47,975 nucleotides of DNA from Octopus bimaculoides (Eukaryota). This document shows, in pieces, positions 1 to 11,822 of the stretch. Location of the stretch: assembly GCF_001194135.2 (NCBI RefSeq), contig NC_068995.1:18473665-18521639 (forward strand), given 5' to 3'. A program made the position numbers and the translations under genes. Under the pieces are notes generated by a model. It was given only the letters and a program-made list of their open reading frames with translations, was not told the DNA's origin and did no database searches. Each line of letters opens with the position of its first letter. The stretch's first letter is position 1.

Positions 1-620
1 ATATATATATATATATACATACATATATACATATATGTATTCTTATATATATTCTGAAATATATTTGAAGATAGTGTATAATCTCAATATTTACACATTC
101 ACCTAAATATATGTAAATATAAGTCTTTTCTTGCCGTCACAATATTTTCTACATATACGTCGGATTAGTTACCTATTTGATAAGGAAGACAGACAAGCGT
201 CATACGTCATGGATGGCATCGACAATAGAGTATCGTGTGCTAAGCATAAACATGTACGGATTAGAAGTAACTTCGTCTGTACTTAGCATGTTGAAGTAAA
301 TTCGAGTATTCATCTCTATAACTTAATTATTTCTCAACGTTGATGACAATTTTGCATAGCCAATCCCTATCAAATATAAAGAAATCTCACAAGTAGAAGA
401 GAAGACCTAGGCGACATACTCAAGAAACATCTAATGATATCACCATGGAATTATCCTTAAAAAAATATATGTATATAAAACGTACAGCATCTGAAACGTC
501 TGGACTGTGATTATGCGACTAACTTTTAAATACATACAAAGGGCACATTCATACTAGGAATATGAAATACGAAAAATTATTTCCAATAATAGAAAATACT
601 GTTCACTCACTTGCGTACAC

Positions 621-784
621 TTGAAATTCATATTCATACCAATAATAATTGGAGCACTAAGTTTTGTTCGTAAATGCTTAAAAGAGATTCTGGATAACCT
701 TAGATGTTCAGAAAGAGAAATCGACCGGCTAATTCGTGCATTATAAGGACAATCTGTGAGTGAACAATAAAAATATGCAAATCT
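621..784 (+). mobile_element. RLE-type non-LTR retrotransposon 3' coding remnant, copy 1
   Basis: Manual translation from 621 gives LKFIFIPIIIGALSFVRKCLKEILDNLRCSEREIDRLIRAL*GQSVS, then after a 1-bp frameshift TIKICKS. This matches the C-terminal end of RLE LINE ORFs (IPIIIGALG...LI..LQ..S.SGT.KICK). Confidence 0.65.
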
Positions 785-845
785 GAGTTGGCCTGTTTTA
801 ACTGCATACCAAAAATGGATCCCTGTATCTTTATTCTAAACCGGC

Positions 846-1246
846 AGAATTATTGGGGCTCTAGGATATGTAACACATTGCCTAAATATCAGTCTTGAGG
901 AAAGAGGCTTCTCAGAACCAGAAAAGCAGAAGCTAATTCGAAGACTAGTGATTCTATCTATCACTGGAACTGTAATAATCTGTAAAAGTTTCCAGAAGTT
1001 TATCATTTAAATATATTTGAGCATGTCTAGATAAGCATCTATATGCATGAGAATACATACATAAAACATGCATACATACATATATACGTACATACATACA
1101 TGCATACATACATACAAAAATATCCTGTTGTTGATGTCGAAATTCCAATGAAGGAGACTTGGATCTAGGTTAGAATCCGATTCTTTTTCTATAGGCAAAA
1201 AATCTTGAAATAAACTGAATTATGACATACATACATACATACATTC
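846..1246 (+). mobile_element. RLE-type non-LTR retrotransposon 3' end, copy 2, with 3' UTR and (CATA)n tail
   Basis: 846-1010 is open: RIIGALGYVTHCLNISLEERGFSEPEKQKLIRRLVILSITGTVIICKSFQKFII*. It is followed by a UTR containing an internal (CATA)n and AATAAA (1209-1214), ending in (CATA)n at about 1226-1246. Confidence 0.75.
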
Positions 1247-1494
1247 ATATATATGTGTGTACGTATATAAACGTGGCTGTATGTGTATGAGCCTCTGTTC
1301 GTGCATGTGCATCTGTGTGTGAGTGTGAGCCCGCGCGCGTGCCTAATCTGCATGAACTAATGTATCAGATGTTCATGGCAAACTATCTCATCAAAAGTCT
1401 ATAAATTTGATAGGCTTTCGCACAAACATTTTCCAAAAGTCTGTTTAATTTTGTATTACACAAATGCAATTATGCCCAGCATTATTAATGTTAT

Positions 1495-1790
1495 ACCTAC
1501 TGCAAAACCGCTGGATGGATTCGGATGAAAATTTCAGGGATGTTTGGCCTCGTGACTGGCACGAACGATTACATTTTCTGATCGGTCCCCTACCGGAGAA
1601 GGATTCTGGATTATTTTGCCCGTTTTTTTTTTACTTAATTTTTCAGAGCGGTTGGGTTAATATTTAGCATTCTCGTTTGTGAGTGAAGTCGAGTTTATTT
1701 CAAATATTCTCATATTAAAAATCATCTCTGGCTAGTCGTTGAGGGGACGTTGGTGTTACCTTGGCAGAGGTTTGCGCTCTCTGAGTGGTC
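1495..1790 (+). mobile_element. Probable Helentron-associated non-autonomous element (HINE/DINE-1-like), internally deleted
   Basis: 3' subterminal CTTGGCAGAGGT (1760-1771) is followed by a short hairpin GCGCTC-TCT-GAGTGG (1774-1788). A degenerate reverse complement ACCTACTGCAAA lies at 1495-1506. An internal GGATTCGGATGAAAATTT motif is typical of such elements as I recall them. Confidence 0.45.
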
Positions 1791-1794
1791 ATGT

Positions 1795-2149
<355 letters not shown>

Positions 2150-2244
2150 GTTCTTGTTGACATTGAGAGGAAAGGTACAATTGAGACATGTTTGTTTAAA
2201 GCTTTTTGTCATCCCAAAACAGATAGGAACCTGTTTGTTTTCAT

Positions 2245-2489
2245 TGCGGTTTTCTCTTTTGCCTGAAATTTCTTTACACACCAAACACCGATGATCGGGC
2301 TGTTCTGGAGGACAAAAACACCAACAAGGGCACACCACACACATATATTCTGTCTACGAAATCCACTCAGAGGGTTGATTAATGCAAAGCTACAATAGAC
2401 ATTCACCCAAGGTGCCAAGCAATGAGGCTGAACCTGGAATCATGTTGTTGGGAAGCAAGCCTCTTACCACATGCCCTCAACTGCGTGCA
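2245..2489 (-). mobile_element. tRNA-derived CORE-like SINE, type A (degenerate)
   Basis: Reverse complement reads GTGGTAAGAGGCTTGCTTCCCAAC...GGTTCAGCC...GGCACCTTGGGTGAATGTC, homologous to the well-preserved copy at 17271-17652. Confidence 0.8.
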
Positions 2490-2752
2490 TATAAATATAT
2501 ATATATATATATATATANNNNNNNNNNNNNNNNNNNNNNNNNNNNNNNNNNNNNNNNNNNNNNNNNNNNNNNNNNNNNNNNNNNNNNNNNNNNNNNNNNN
2601 NNNNNNNNNNNNNNNNNNNNNNNNNNNNNNNNNNNNNNNNNNNNNNNNNNNNNNNNNNNNNNNNNNNNNNNNNNNNNNNNNNNNNNNNNNNNNNNNNNNN
2701 NNNNNNNNNNNNNNNNNNNNNNNNNNNNNNNNNNNNNNNNNNNNNNNNNNNN

Positions 2753-2786
<34 letters not shown>

Positions 2787-3065
2787 GGGCGTTGCAGTAA
2801 GGATCGCGAGATCGTGGTTTCAATTACAAAATTGGGTGGTGCAAAATACTACATCTCACGTTAATCAGTAAAGGTTGATTTGATGGGGAGTGTGATTTAA
2901 TGTGTGGTACGAAGATTTGATCACTATAAACAATTCATTTGTGCAGCCATTCCTGCGTAGTCCTTGAAGGGATATCCATCATATCACACACATGTAAGCA
3001 CACATACACACACGCAATCACACACACACATCTATATATATATACATATAATAATAATAAATATA

Positions 3066-3289
3066 TGGGCTCTTTTAAAGCCTAGCCAGGCTCATAGGCC
3101 CAGTTTCTCGGTTTCAATGGCGTATGTGTTCCCGAGCTGAACGGGACGCGTTTCTCATTTTTACCAGCTGAGTGAACTGGAGCAACGTGAAATGAAGTGT
3201 TTTGCTCAAGAACACAGCACGTCCAGGAATCGAAACCACAATCTTACGATAATGATGCTGACACCCTAACCACTAAGCCACGTGTCTAC
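3066..3289 (-). mobile_element. tRNA-derived SINE, type C, tail variant 1
   Basis: Reverse complement has A box TGGCTTAGTGG, B box GGTTTCGATTCC, then GTGTTCTTGAGCAAAACACTTCATTTCACGTTGCTCCAGTTCACTCAGCTG, which is shared with 22644-22969. Confidence 0.85.
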
Positions 3290-4078
3290 NNNNNNNNNNN
3301 NNNNNNNNNNNNNNNNNNNNNNNNNNNNNNNNNNNNNNNNNNNNNNNNNNNNNNNNNNNNNNNNNNNNNNNNNNNNNNNNNNNNNNNNNNNNNNNNNNNN
3401 NNNNNNNNNNNNNNNNNNNNNNNNNNNNNNNNNNNNNNNNNNNNNNNNNNNNNNNNNNNNNNNNNNNNNNNNNNNNNNNNNNNNNNNNNNNNNNNNNNNN
3501 NNNNNNNNNNNNNNNNNNNNNNNNNNNNNNNNNNNNNNNNNNNNNNNNNNNNNNNNNNNNNNNNNNNNNNNNNNNNNNNNNNNNNNNNNNNNNNNNNNNN
3601 NNNNNNNNNNNNNNNNNNNNNNNNNNNNNNNNNNNNNNNNNNNNNNNNNNNNNNNNNNNNNNNNNNNNNNNNNNNNNNNNNNNNNNNNNNNNNNNNNNNN
3701 NNNNNNNNNNNNNNNNNNNNNNNNNNNNNNNNNNNNNNNNNNNNNNNNNNNNNNNNNNNNNNNNNNNNNNNNNNNNNNNNNNNNNNNNNNNNNNNNNNNN
3801 NNNNNNNNNNNNNNNNNNNNNNNNNNNNNNNNNNNNNNNNNNNNNNNNNNNNNNNNNNNNNNNNNNNNNNNNTATATATAAGTATATATTAGTGAATCTG
3901 TGTGAATATGTGTGAATATGTGTGAATATTATTTATTTAGAAATATCTTTAGATATCTTCTCTAACTAATAAATAAATATAGAAGTCGTTAAGGACGTCT
4001 ATAGTCGTTTTGCGCATTGAACCATAAGTAAACAAACGCATTTCGTTTTCTCTTCCACTCACTTAAATATGAATGTGT

Positions 4079-4262
4079 TTATACATACATACACACATAC
4101 ATACATACTTTCATACATACATACATACATATATACATACATGCATACATGCATACATACATACATATATACATACGTACATATATAAATACATGCATAC
4201 ACATGCAGACATACATACATGCTTACATACATACGTATATATGTAATTATGTATATGTATAT
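4079..4262. repeat. Imperfect (CATA)n microsatellite
   Basis: Directly visible. Confidence 0.95.
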
Positions 4263-4744
4263 ATAACGTAGAAACACACACGCATATATATATTTATTTA
4301 TTATATTTAATATGCAGTGTCTGTGAGTATATGTGCGGGACCCTCTACATGCGTCTATAACAAATACATACCAACAATAAACATAAATGTAGATATGTAT
4401 TTATAACTTCAGCCAGGTCTTACTTATGCGCAAGTAATGAAGCACAGCACACAACACATGAGTGAAATGTTTATACAAATAGTTGAAAATCAACTAATTG
4501 ATAACAAGCGTATTAGTTAAAAAATTGTAGTAAGACCCAATTGTAACAATCAGGCGCCAAAAGTCTTGGCACTAGTGGAAATTATTAACATCCATCTTAA
4601 CTGCAAAAACAGAGTTGAAATTAAATTGTGTTTGATGAGATAATATCTCTTTGAGATCCAATCGAATTCACCAACCTAAGGTCACGCGCTGTTAAAACTA
4701 ATAAACATAGAGAAGTAATTATATATAGATATGTACGCGTATAC

Positions 4745-4816
<72 letters not shown>

Positions 4817-5462
4817 ATATCTATATATTTACACATACATACACATACACGAGCGTATACAAGCAAACAAAATACACACACACACACACACATATATATA
4901 TGTATGTGAATACTGATCACTTTTGTTTAGTTTGTTTCTTTTTTACTTGCAGTTATGCAGTTACTACTAAAGCCTCAATTATTGGCTCATATTTGTTATT
5001 GATATTATTTGCTGAAGGTCTTTTTTTTCATTATTGCTTTTACTTCTAGGTTTTGTTCCATTTCCGTCGTCCTCATCATTATGATGATGATCAACAACAT
5101 CCTCATCATCCCCTTTTCCTCCACCTCCTGCCCCCCCTCCTGAGTATTCATCATCATCAACATCATCGTCGTCGTCGTCCTCATCAACATCATCATATTT
5201 ATCGTCATTTTCCTCCTCGTTATTGTTGTTAATATTTATTTATTTGATATATTTTTGTACTGTTCTTTTGACTTCTTGATTGGTATTCATAAATAAATTT
5301 AATTTTCCTCTCCTTTTGTGGTATCTCACTTGATTCATGATTTGTAACTGTTTTTTTGTTTTTTTGTATTCCTTCTTTTTAATTCTCTGTTTTTGCATTG
5401 TTATACTTTTACAGAGTAAATAGACATATAGATTAATTTACTTTTGATATAATAATGTTGGT

Positions 5463-5494
5463 AATAATAAATAATAATAATAATAATAATAATC

Positions 5495-5550
<56 letters not shown>

Positions 5551-5700
5551 CAAAAATAATAATAATGATCATAATAATAATAATGTGCATTAGAAGAAGA
5601 AGAAGAAGAAGAAGAAGAAGAAGAAGAAGAAGAAGAAGAAGAAGAAGAAGAAGAAGAAGAAGAAGAAGAATATGATGATGATGAAGAGGAGGAGGAGCAA
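5463..5700. repeat. Compound (AAT)n / (GAA)n microsatellite
   Basis: (AAT)n at about 5463-5548 and (GAA)n at about 5592-5669. Confidence 0.97.
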
Positions 5701-6482
5701 GAGTAGAAGAAGGAAGATAGATTTGTAGAAGCATATTAAAAATGGTAAAAGCGATTTCTCCATTGATAATAATATGCCAAACTTATAATACAAATAGTTC
5801 ACATAGAAGAATTAGAAAAAGTTAATTATGAAATGCCAACGTGAATCAGTGCGAGATACAAAACGATTCATATTATTTTCTTTCCCGAACACACCTTCTG
5901 TCTTGACTATTTATTCTTTATCTTTAATCGTTTAATTATTTCAGTACACATTGAAGGGCTTTAGACAAAAAATGTTAATTATAATATGTGACAAGTATTC
6001 GGTAGCCATGATGAAACTCCGAGTTTCGGATGTCGAAGAGGAAACCCACGCCGGCCTTTTATTCAGTTATCGGGCCTTCAAAAAAATACTATGAAATTGA
6101 CTGTTAAAACAAAGTGGAATTACTGTGTGATTGACCGTTATTAAGACAAAAGAACTATTAGAATGACCACTAAGTAAGGGGAGGGAGTAAGTGTAAGGGA
6201 GTCAAACATATTCATAGTAATGGCGTGCCTGCACGCTCACGGACAAGCGCGTATATGGATATACTCATCCACCCTCACTTGAAACACACAAATGCTCACC
6301 CACATATTCGCCAAAAATATATACATACCCGCATACACGCGCACAAAAAAAAAGGTTCATGCGCACGTCTATATAGGCACATGCACAAGAAAAAACGGGC
6401 TGAAGGCAAAATACAGAAAAATGTGTTAAAAAATGTGTATAAAATAAGAGTAAAACACGTCTATATACGCACATACTCGCAT

Positions 6483-6522
<40 letters not shown>

Positions 6523-6679
6523 NNNNNNNNNNNNNNNNNNNNNNNNNNNNNNNNNNNNNNNNNNNNNNNNNNNNNNNNNNNNNNNNNNNNNNNNNNNNNN
6601 NNNNNNNNNNNNNNNNNNNNNNNNNNNNNNNNNNNNNNNNNNNNNNNNNNNNNNNATATATATATATATACATATATAC

Positions 6680-6842
6680 AACGTGTTTCTTAGAGTTTCC
6701 GTCTAATACATTCAATCACGAGGTTTTGGTTGGCTCTTGTCTATAGTAGAAAACACTTGTCCAAGTTGCCAACAGTTTGACTGAACCCGGAAACACGTGG
6801 TTGTGAAACATACTTCTTACCACACAGCCACAACTACGTCTA
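6680..6842 (-). mobile_element. SINE type A, 5' half
   Basis: Reverse complement reads GTGGCTGTGTGGTAAGAAG...CCGGGTTCAGTC...CTTGGACAAGTGTTTTCTACTATAG. It runs into (TA)n and a gap. Confidence 0.8.
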
Positions 6843-7596
6843 TTACCTTTATTCCCTTCTTAATTTGAAATGTGAAGATTATCTGATTTGGCCGAAATTT
6901 GGAGACACAGTCAGCTTGGTGATACTCCAGTAGGCGTTCGCAATCTATTGGTGTCGCTTTCACCAACAGTCTGTCATATGCTGCTTGTCACTTAGCTCCC
7001 TTTAAATAAGCAAGGTAACCTCAACTTTTTATTCTTAATACTTTATCATTGCCATTATCTTCTCATTATTCCTTCTATATCAACTACACAATGTCTCTGC
7101 ACCCTTGCTTATTGCAATCTCTTTCTCTTTCTCTTCGGCACTGCATCATGAATCACGATTAATTGTAACACATCTCAGCATCGAACCGGTTGTGTGTTGT
7201 GAGGATAGGACAAACTTTGGATTCTCGGTGACTTCTACATTTGGTTCCATTGAATGTTGTGCAATTGAGGTCTACTCACCCTATCCAGGGAGAGTTGATG
7301 GAAGGCTACATGGCTGCAGAAGTACACACCCTCTCCTGGATATTTGTACATGAATGTCCAATGTTGTTTCTGATTCTGTTACTCTGCTAGTNNNNNNNNN
7401 NTGGATATTTGTACATGAATGTCCAATGTTGTTTCTGATTCTGTTACTCTGCTAGTGAGCCTACTGTTCTTTTATTATTCACTGCTACTACTGTAGATGT
7501 TATTGCTACTGCTGAAAATGATACTACTACTATTACTGCTACCACTATAACTACTATTACTACAATTACAAACAATTATAATAACCATAATAATAA

Positions 7597-7792
7597 CTCT
7601 ATCTACTAATGGCACTGACATTTTGGGAGAAGGGACTCGTTGATTACATCGGACTCAGTGTTTTACAGGTGCTTGATTTATCGACCGCGAAAGGATGAAA
7701 AGTAAAGACGATTTCGGCGGAATTTGAACTCAAAACGTGATGACAGGCGAAATGGCAATAAGTATTTTGCCCGGCGTGCTAACGATTCTGCC
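7597..7792 (-). mobile_element. SINE type B
   Basis: Reverse complement reads GGCAGAATCGTTAGCACGCCGGGC...GAGTTCAAATTCCGCCG...TTTTCATCCTTTCGCGGTCGATAAA. Homologous to 1957-2149. Confidence 0.85.
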
Positions 7793-7793
7793 T

Positions 7794-7795
7794 TA

Positions 7796-7829
<34 letters not shown>

Positions 7830-7840
7830 GTAATAATAGC

Positions 7841-7893
<53 letters not shown>

Positions 7894-7909
7894 TAATAAT
7901 AATAATAAT
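7794..7909. repeat. (AAT)n microsatellite, 5' flank of the Dong-like insertion
   Basis: Directly visible. Confidence 0.98.
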
Positions 7910-9293
7910 TATAAAATAACCACCATAGGACTGCAAAAATACCTACTCCAGAAGCAAGGGAAACTAATACAAATAGCCACAAAACACGAGCAAAACAAAA
8001 AACTGTTTTCAGTATTTAAGGAAGCTGACAAATACAAACAAGAAATCAATCTACCTAACAAATACGAAGAAGAAGAAGAAACAACAANNNNNNNNNNNNN
8101 NNNNNNNNNNNNNNNNNNNNNNNNNNNNNNNNNNNNNNNNNNNNNNNNNNNNNNNNNNNNNNNNNNNNNNNNNNNNNNNNNNNNNNNNNNNNNNNNNNNN
8201 NNNNNNNNNNNNNNNNNNNNNNNNNNNNNNNNNNNNNNNNNNNNNNNNNNNNNNNNNNNNNNNNNNNNNNNNNNNNNNNNNNNNNNNNNNNNNNNNNNNN
8301 NNNNNNNNNNNNNNNNNNNNNNNNNNNNNNNNNNNNNNNNNNNNNNNNNNNNNNNNNNNNNNNNNNNNNNNNNNNNNNNNNNNNNNNNNNNNNNNNNNNN
8401 NNNNNNNNNNNNNNNNNNNNNNNNNNNNNNNNNNNNNNNNNNNNNNNNNNNNNNNNNNNNNNNNNNNNNNNNNNNNNNNNNNNNNNNNNNNNNNNNNNNN
8501 NNNNNNNNNNNNNNNNNNNNNNNNNNNNNNNNNNNNNNNNNNNNNNNNNNNNNNNNNNNNNNNNNNNNNNNNNNNNNNNNNNNNNNNNNNNNNNNNNNNN
8601 NNNNNNNNNNNNNNNNNNNNNNNNNNNNNNNNNNNNNNNNNNNNNNNNNNNNNNNNNNNNNNNNNNNNNNNNNNNNNNNNNNNNNNNNNNNNNNNNNNNN
8701 NNNNNNNNNNNNNNNNNNNNNNNNNNNNNNNNNNNNNNNNNNNNNNNNNNNNNNNNNNNNNNNNNNNNNNNNNNNNNNNNNNNNNNNNNNNNNNNNNNNN
8801 NNNNNNNNNNNNNNNNNNNNNNNNNNNNNNNNNNNNNNNNNNNNNNNNNNNNNNNNNNNNNNNNNNNNNNNNNNNNNNNNNNNNNNNNNNNNNNNNNNNN
8901 NNNNNNNNNNNNNNNNNNNNNNNNNNNNNNNNNNNNNNNNNNNNNNNNNNNNNNNNNNNNNNNNNNNNNNNNNNNNNNNNNNNNNNNNNNNNNNNNNNNN
9001 NNNNNNNNNNNNNNNNNNNNNNNNNNNNNNNNNAGAAACAATTCCTATCATAGTAGGTCCCTTAGGTATAATAAAAAAATATTCAGACAAATACATAACA
9101 AACACACCAGGAATTACAAATATATATAACATACAGAAAATTGCACTACTGGGTACTGCACACACTCTACGCAAAACACTTTCAATACAGTAAACATAAG
9201 AGCACCACAGCAAACCACAGCACATACCCAAGGCGCACAGAGCTGCGCTCGGTAGTGAAGTGAAAGCACGTTATAAAAATAAAAATAAAACTA

Positions 9294-9296
<3 letters not shown>
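7910..9296 (+). mobile_element. 5'-truncated R4/Dong-like RLE non-LTR retrotransposon inserted in (TAA)n; middle hidden by a 946-N gap
   Basis: Left of the gap: YKITTIGLQKYLLQKQGKLIQIATKHEQNKKLFSVFKEADKYKQE. Right of the gap, in the same frame: ETIPIIVGPLGIIKKY...IQKIALLGTAHTLRKTLSIQ* (stop at 9191-9193), the typical R4/Dong C-terminus. About 100 bp of 3' UTR with AATAAA follows, and (AAT)n lies on both sides. Confidence 0.88.
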
Positions 9297-9343
<47 letters not shown>

Positions 9344-9378
9344 TGATGATGATAATAATAATAATAATGATAATAATT
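9297..9378. repeat. (AAT)n microsatellite, 3' flank or tail of the Dong-like element
   Basis: Directly visible. Confidence 0.97.
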
Positions 9379-9380
9379 TA

Positions 9381-9562
9381 TTGAATACGAGAGAAAAATA
9401 CTGTCCGATCATTGACGTAGCCATACAAAATGACATGAATGTTGTGAGTAAAGGGGTTGAAAAATGTACCAAGTAAACCGAATTGAAAGTGGAAATGGTA
9501 AGACTGAATGGAATGCGAGAGTGTAATGTAAAAGCGATACCAGTTATGATCGGAGCACTGGA
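9381..9562 (+). mobile_element. Second RLE (R4/Dong-like) endonuclease-domain fragment from a different family
   Basis: Translation LNTREKYCPIIDVAIQNDMNVVSKGVEKCTK*TELKVEMVRLNGMRECNVKAIPVMIGAL matches the RLE pattern C.IIDVA.P.D.N...KE.EK..KY..L..E...W......IP..IGALG. Confidence 0.75.
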
Positions 9563-9865
9563 GTGTTTCTGTAGTCAGAAGCTTTGTTTCCCAATGTCAT
9601 GGTTTTGGGTTCAATCCAAATGCATTGCACCTTAGCCATCGTGTTCCACCATAGCCTCGAGCAGGCCAAGGCCTTTTGGGTAGACTTGACGAAAGAAACT
9701 GGAAGAAGCCCATCGTGTATGTGTCTATGTGTTTGTTAGTGTGTGTATCTGTGATTCTGTGTCTGTGTTTGTCCTCCACTCCTGTGGTTGGTGTGTTTAC
9801 GTCCCCGTAACCTTGCGTTTCGGCAAAAGAGGCCGATCGAATAATTACCAGGCTTTAAAACATTA
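9560..9865 (+). mobile_element. SINE type A (degenerate)
   Basis: Head GGAGTG...AGAAGCTTTGTTTCCCAA, then GAAGAAGCCCATCG, internal TG-rich tract and GTGTTTACGTCCCCGTAAC...CGGCAAAAGAG. Confidence 0.8.
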
Positions 9866-9882
9866 CTGTTGTCAATTCATTC

Positions 9883-9916
<34 letters not shown>

Positions 9917-9919
<3 letters not shown>

Positions 9920-10080
9920 CGCGAGGGTGGGTGTGTGCTAAGAAGCTTGCTTTCCAACCACGTGTCCGGGTGCAGTCCCACAGCGTGGCAAATTGGGCAA
10001 GTGTCTTCTACTATAGTCTTCGACCGACAAAAACCATGTCAGTGGATTTGCTTGGCGAAAATGGAAAGAAATCTGTCCTC

Positions 10081-10128
<48 letters not shown>

Positions 10129-10370
10129 TATATATATGTATGTGTGTGTGTGTGTGGGTGTGTATTTGTGTCTTGTTTTCCCCCACCATCGCTTAGAAAC
10201 CGATGTTGATGTATTTACATCCCCGTAGATTAGCGGTTCGGCAAAGGATCGATAAAATAAGCAACATACATACAGAGGATTAGCCCAGTGGTTGATTTCG
10301 GCAATTAAAAGGCAGTACTCCGGCATGCCCACTCCTCAAATGACTGAAACAATTAATAGAATAAAAGAGT
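9917..10370 (+). mobile_element. SINE type A, full length, with expanded internal (CT)n(TA)n(TG)n
   Basis: Head AGGCGCGAGGGTGGGTGTGTGCTAAGAAGC, core TTGGGCAAGTGTCTTCTACTATAG, tail AAATGACTGAAACAA. Confidence 0.88.
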
Positions 10371-11237
10371 GATATATATATATCATCTATGGCCGAAGTC
10401 ACATGACTGAAACAATTAAAACAATAAAAAATACTATGCCATTTTAATCCCAAGCAAGACCATGTATCTATGCTAGGTAACAATAAAAGAAATATGATGA
10501 TGTTAAATGCAATGCAAAATAATCTTTCACAGAACACATGCTTGAAATATATAATAATCGGCACAAATTCTACACACCTTTTTTAATCTACATTTTTCTA
10601 TCTTACAACGGTTTGATACCAGCGAAATGCAAACACTTCTAAGCATTTAACATGATACTTTTACAAGTAAAATTAAATGGTTAAATGTCGGAAATCAGCA
10701 CAAACACTCACTAAAAAAATCAATCAGTATATCTATCTATTTACCTATCTATCTATCTGTCTGTCTGTTTGTTGGTTTACCTATGTGTCTGCCTGTCTAT
10801 GTGCAATCACATGTATGTATGCTTCTGTTTATCGATATATATATAAATATATTTAATGTTATTTTTCTATATACAGCAAACACATATGAGCCATAGAAAT
10901 ACTCATGAATATTTGTTGGTGTGTAGGTGGATAAAACATGAATCTGGGATTGCATGAAGTTCAAAATGAACGAGACTGTTGAAAATATGTATTTTGCAAC
11001 TGAAGATGGCGCTGTATTTCAAATTTATGTAATACTTGCATTTTTTGAATGAATGGAGCCGCCTGTAATGGCCATATTGCATTAATACATTGACATCCTT
11101 GTTACTTATTTGCTATATATATATATAGTCACGTGTCAGAAAATCATCTAAATATGAAACACCATTCGAGACAATACAGAATTACAGATAGCATTTATAG
11201 AATTTTGATTTACTATCGGGTGACTTTTGGGCAGCCT

Positions 11238-11278
<41 letters not shown>

Positions 11279-11777
11279 ACAGAGAGGGAGAGAGAGAGAG
11301 AGAGAAAGAGAGATACATACATATATATATATATAGATGCACGTATGTATGTATATTTATATGAATACGTGTATAATATTCTATACACGCAACAAAAAAC
11401 ACTCTGAAAATGCATATATGTATGTGCTCATACATCTATTCACCTCTCTATCTAAACACTAAAATATTAACATGCCCTAGTTTGATAGGTGTGTATATAT
11501 NNNNNNNNNNNNNNNNNNNNNNNNNNNNNNNNNNNNNNNNNNNNNNNNNNNNNNNNNNNNNNNNNNNNNNNNNNNNNNNNNNNNNNNNNNNNNNNNNNNN
11601 NNNNNNNNNNNNNNNNNNNNNNNNNNNNNNNNNNNNNNNNNNNNNNNNNNNNNNNNNNNNNNNNNNNNNNNNNNNNNNNNNNNNNNNNNNNNNNNNNNNN
11701 NNNNNNNNNNNNNNNNNNNNNNNNNNNNNNNNNNNNNNNNNNNNNNNNNNNNNNNNNNNNNNNNNNNNNNNNNNNNN

Positions 11778-11822
<45 letters not shown>

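Noticed and set aside
6007-6050. Hammerhead ribozyme at TGATGAAACTCCGAGTTTCG
   Set aside because: It has a GAAACTC/GAGTTTC inverted repeat, but lacks the CUGANGA box and a GAAA after stem II. It is probably part of an unassigned repeat.
7337-7456. Exact 55-bp direct repeat around a 10-N gap
   Set aside because: Identical sequence on both sides of a minimal gap is the signature of unmerged overlapping contig ends, so it is an assembly artefact.
7724-9193. 489-aa ORF as a host gene
   Set aside because: It is a chimera of antisense SINE, poly-Asn from (AAT)n, LINE coding sequence and gap.
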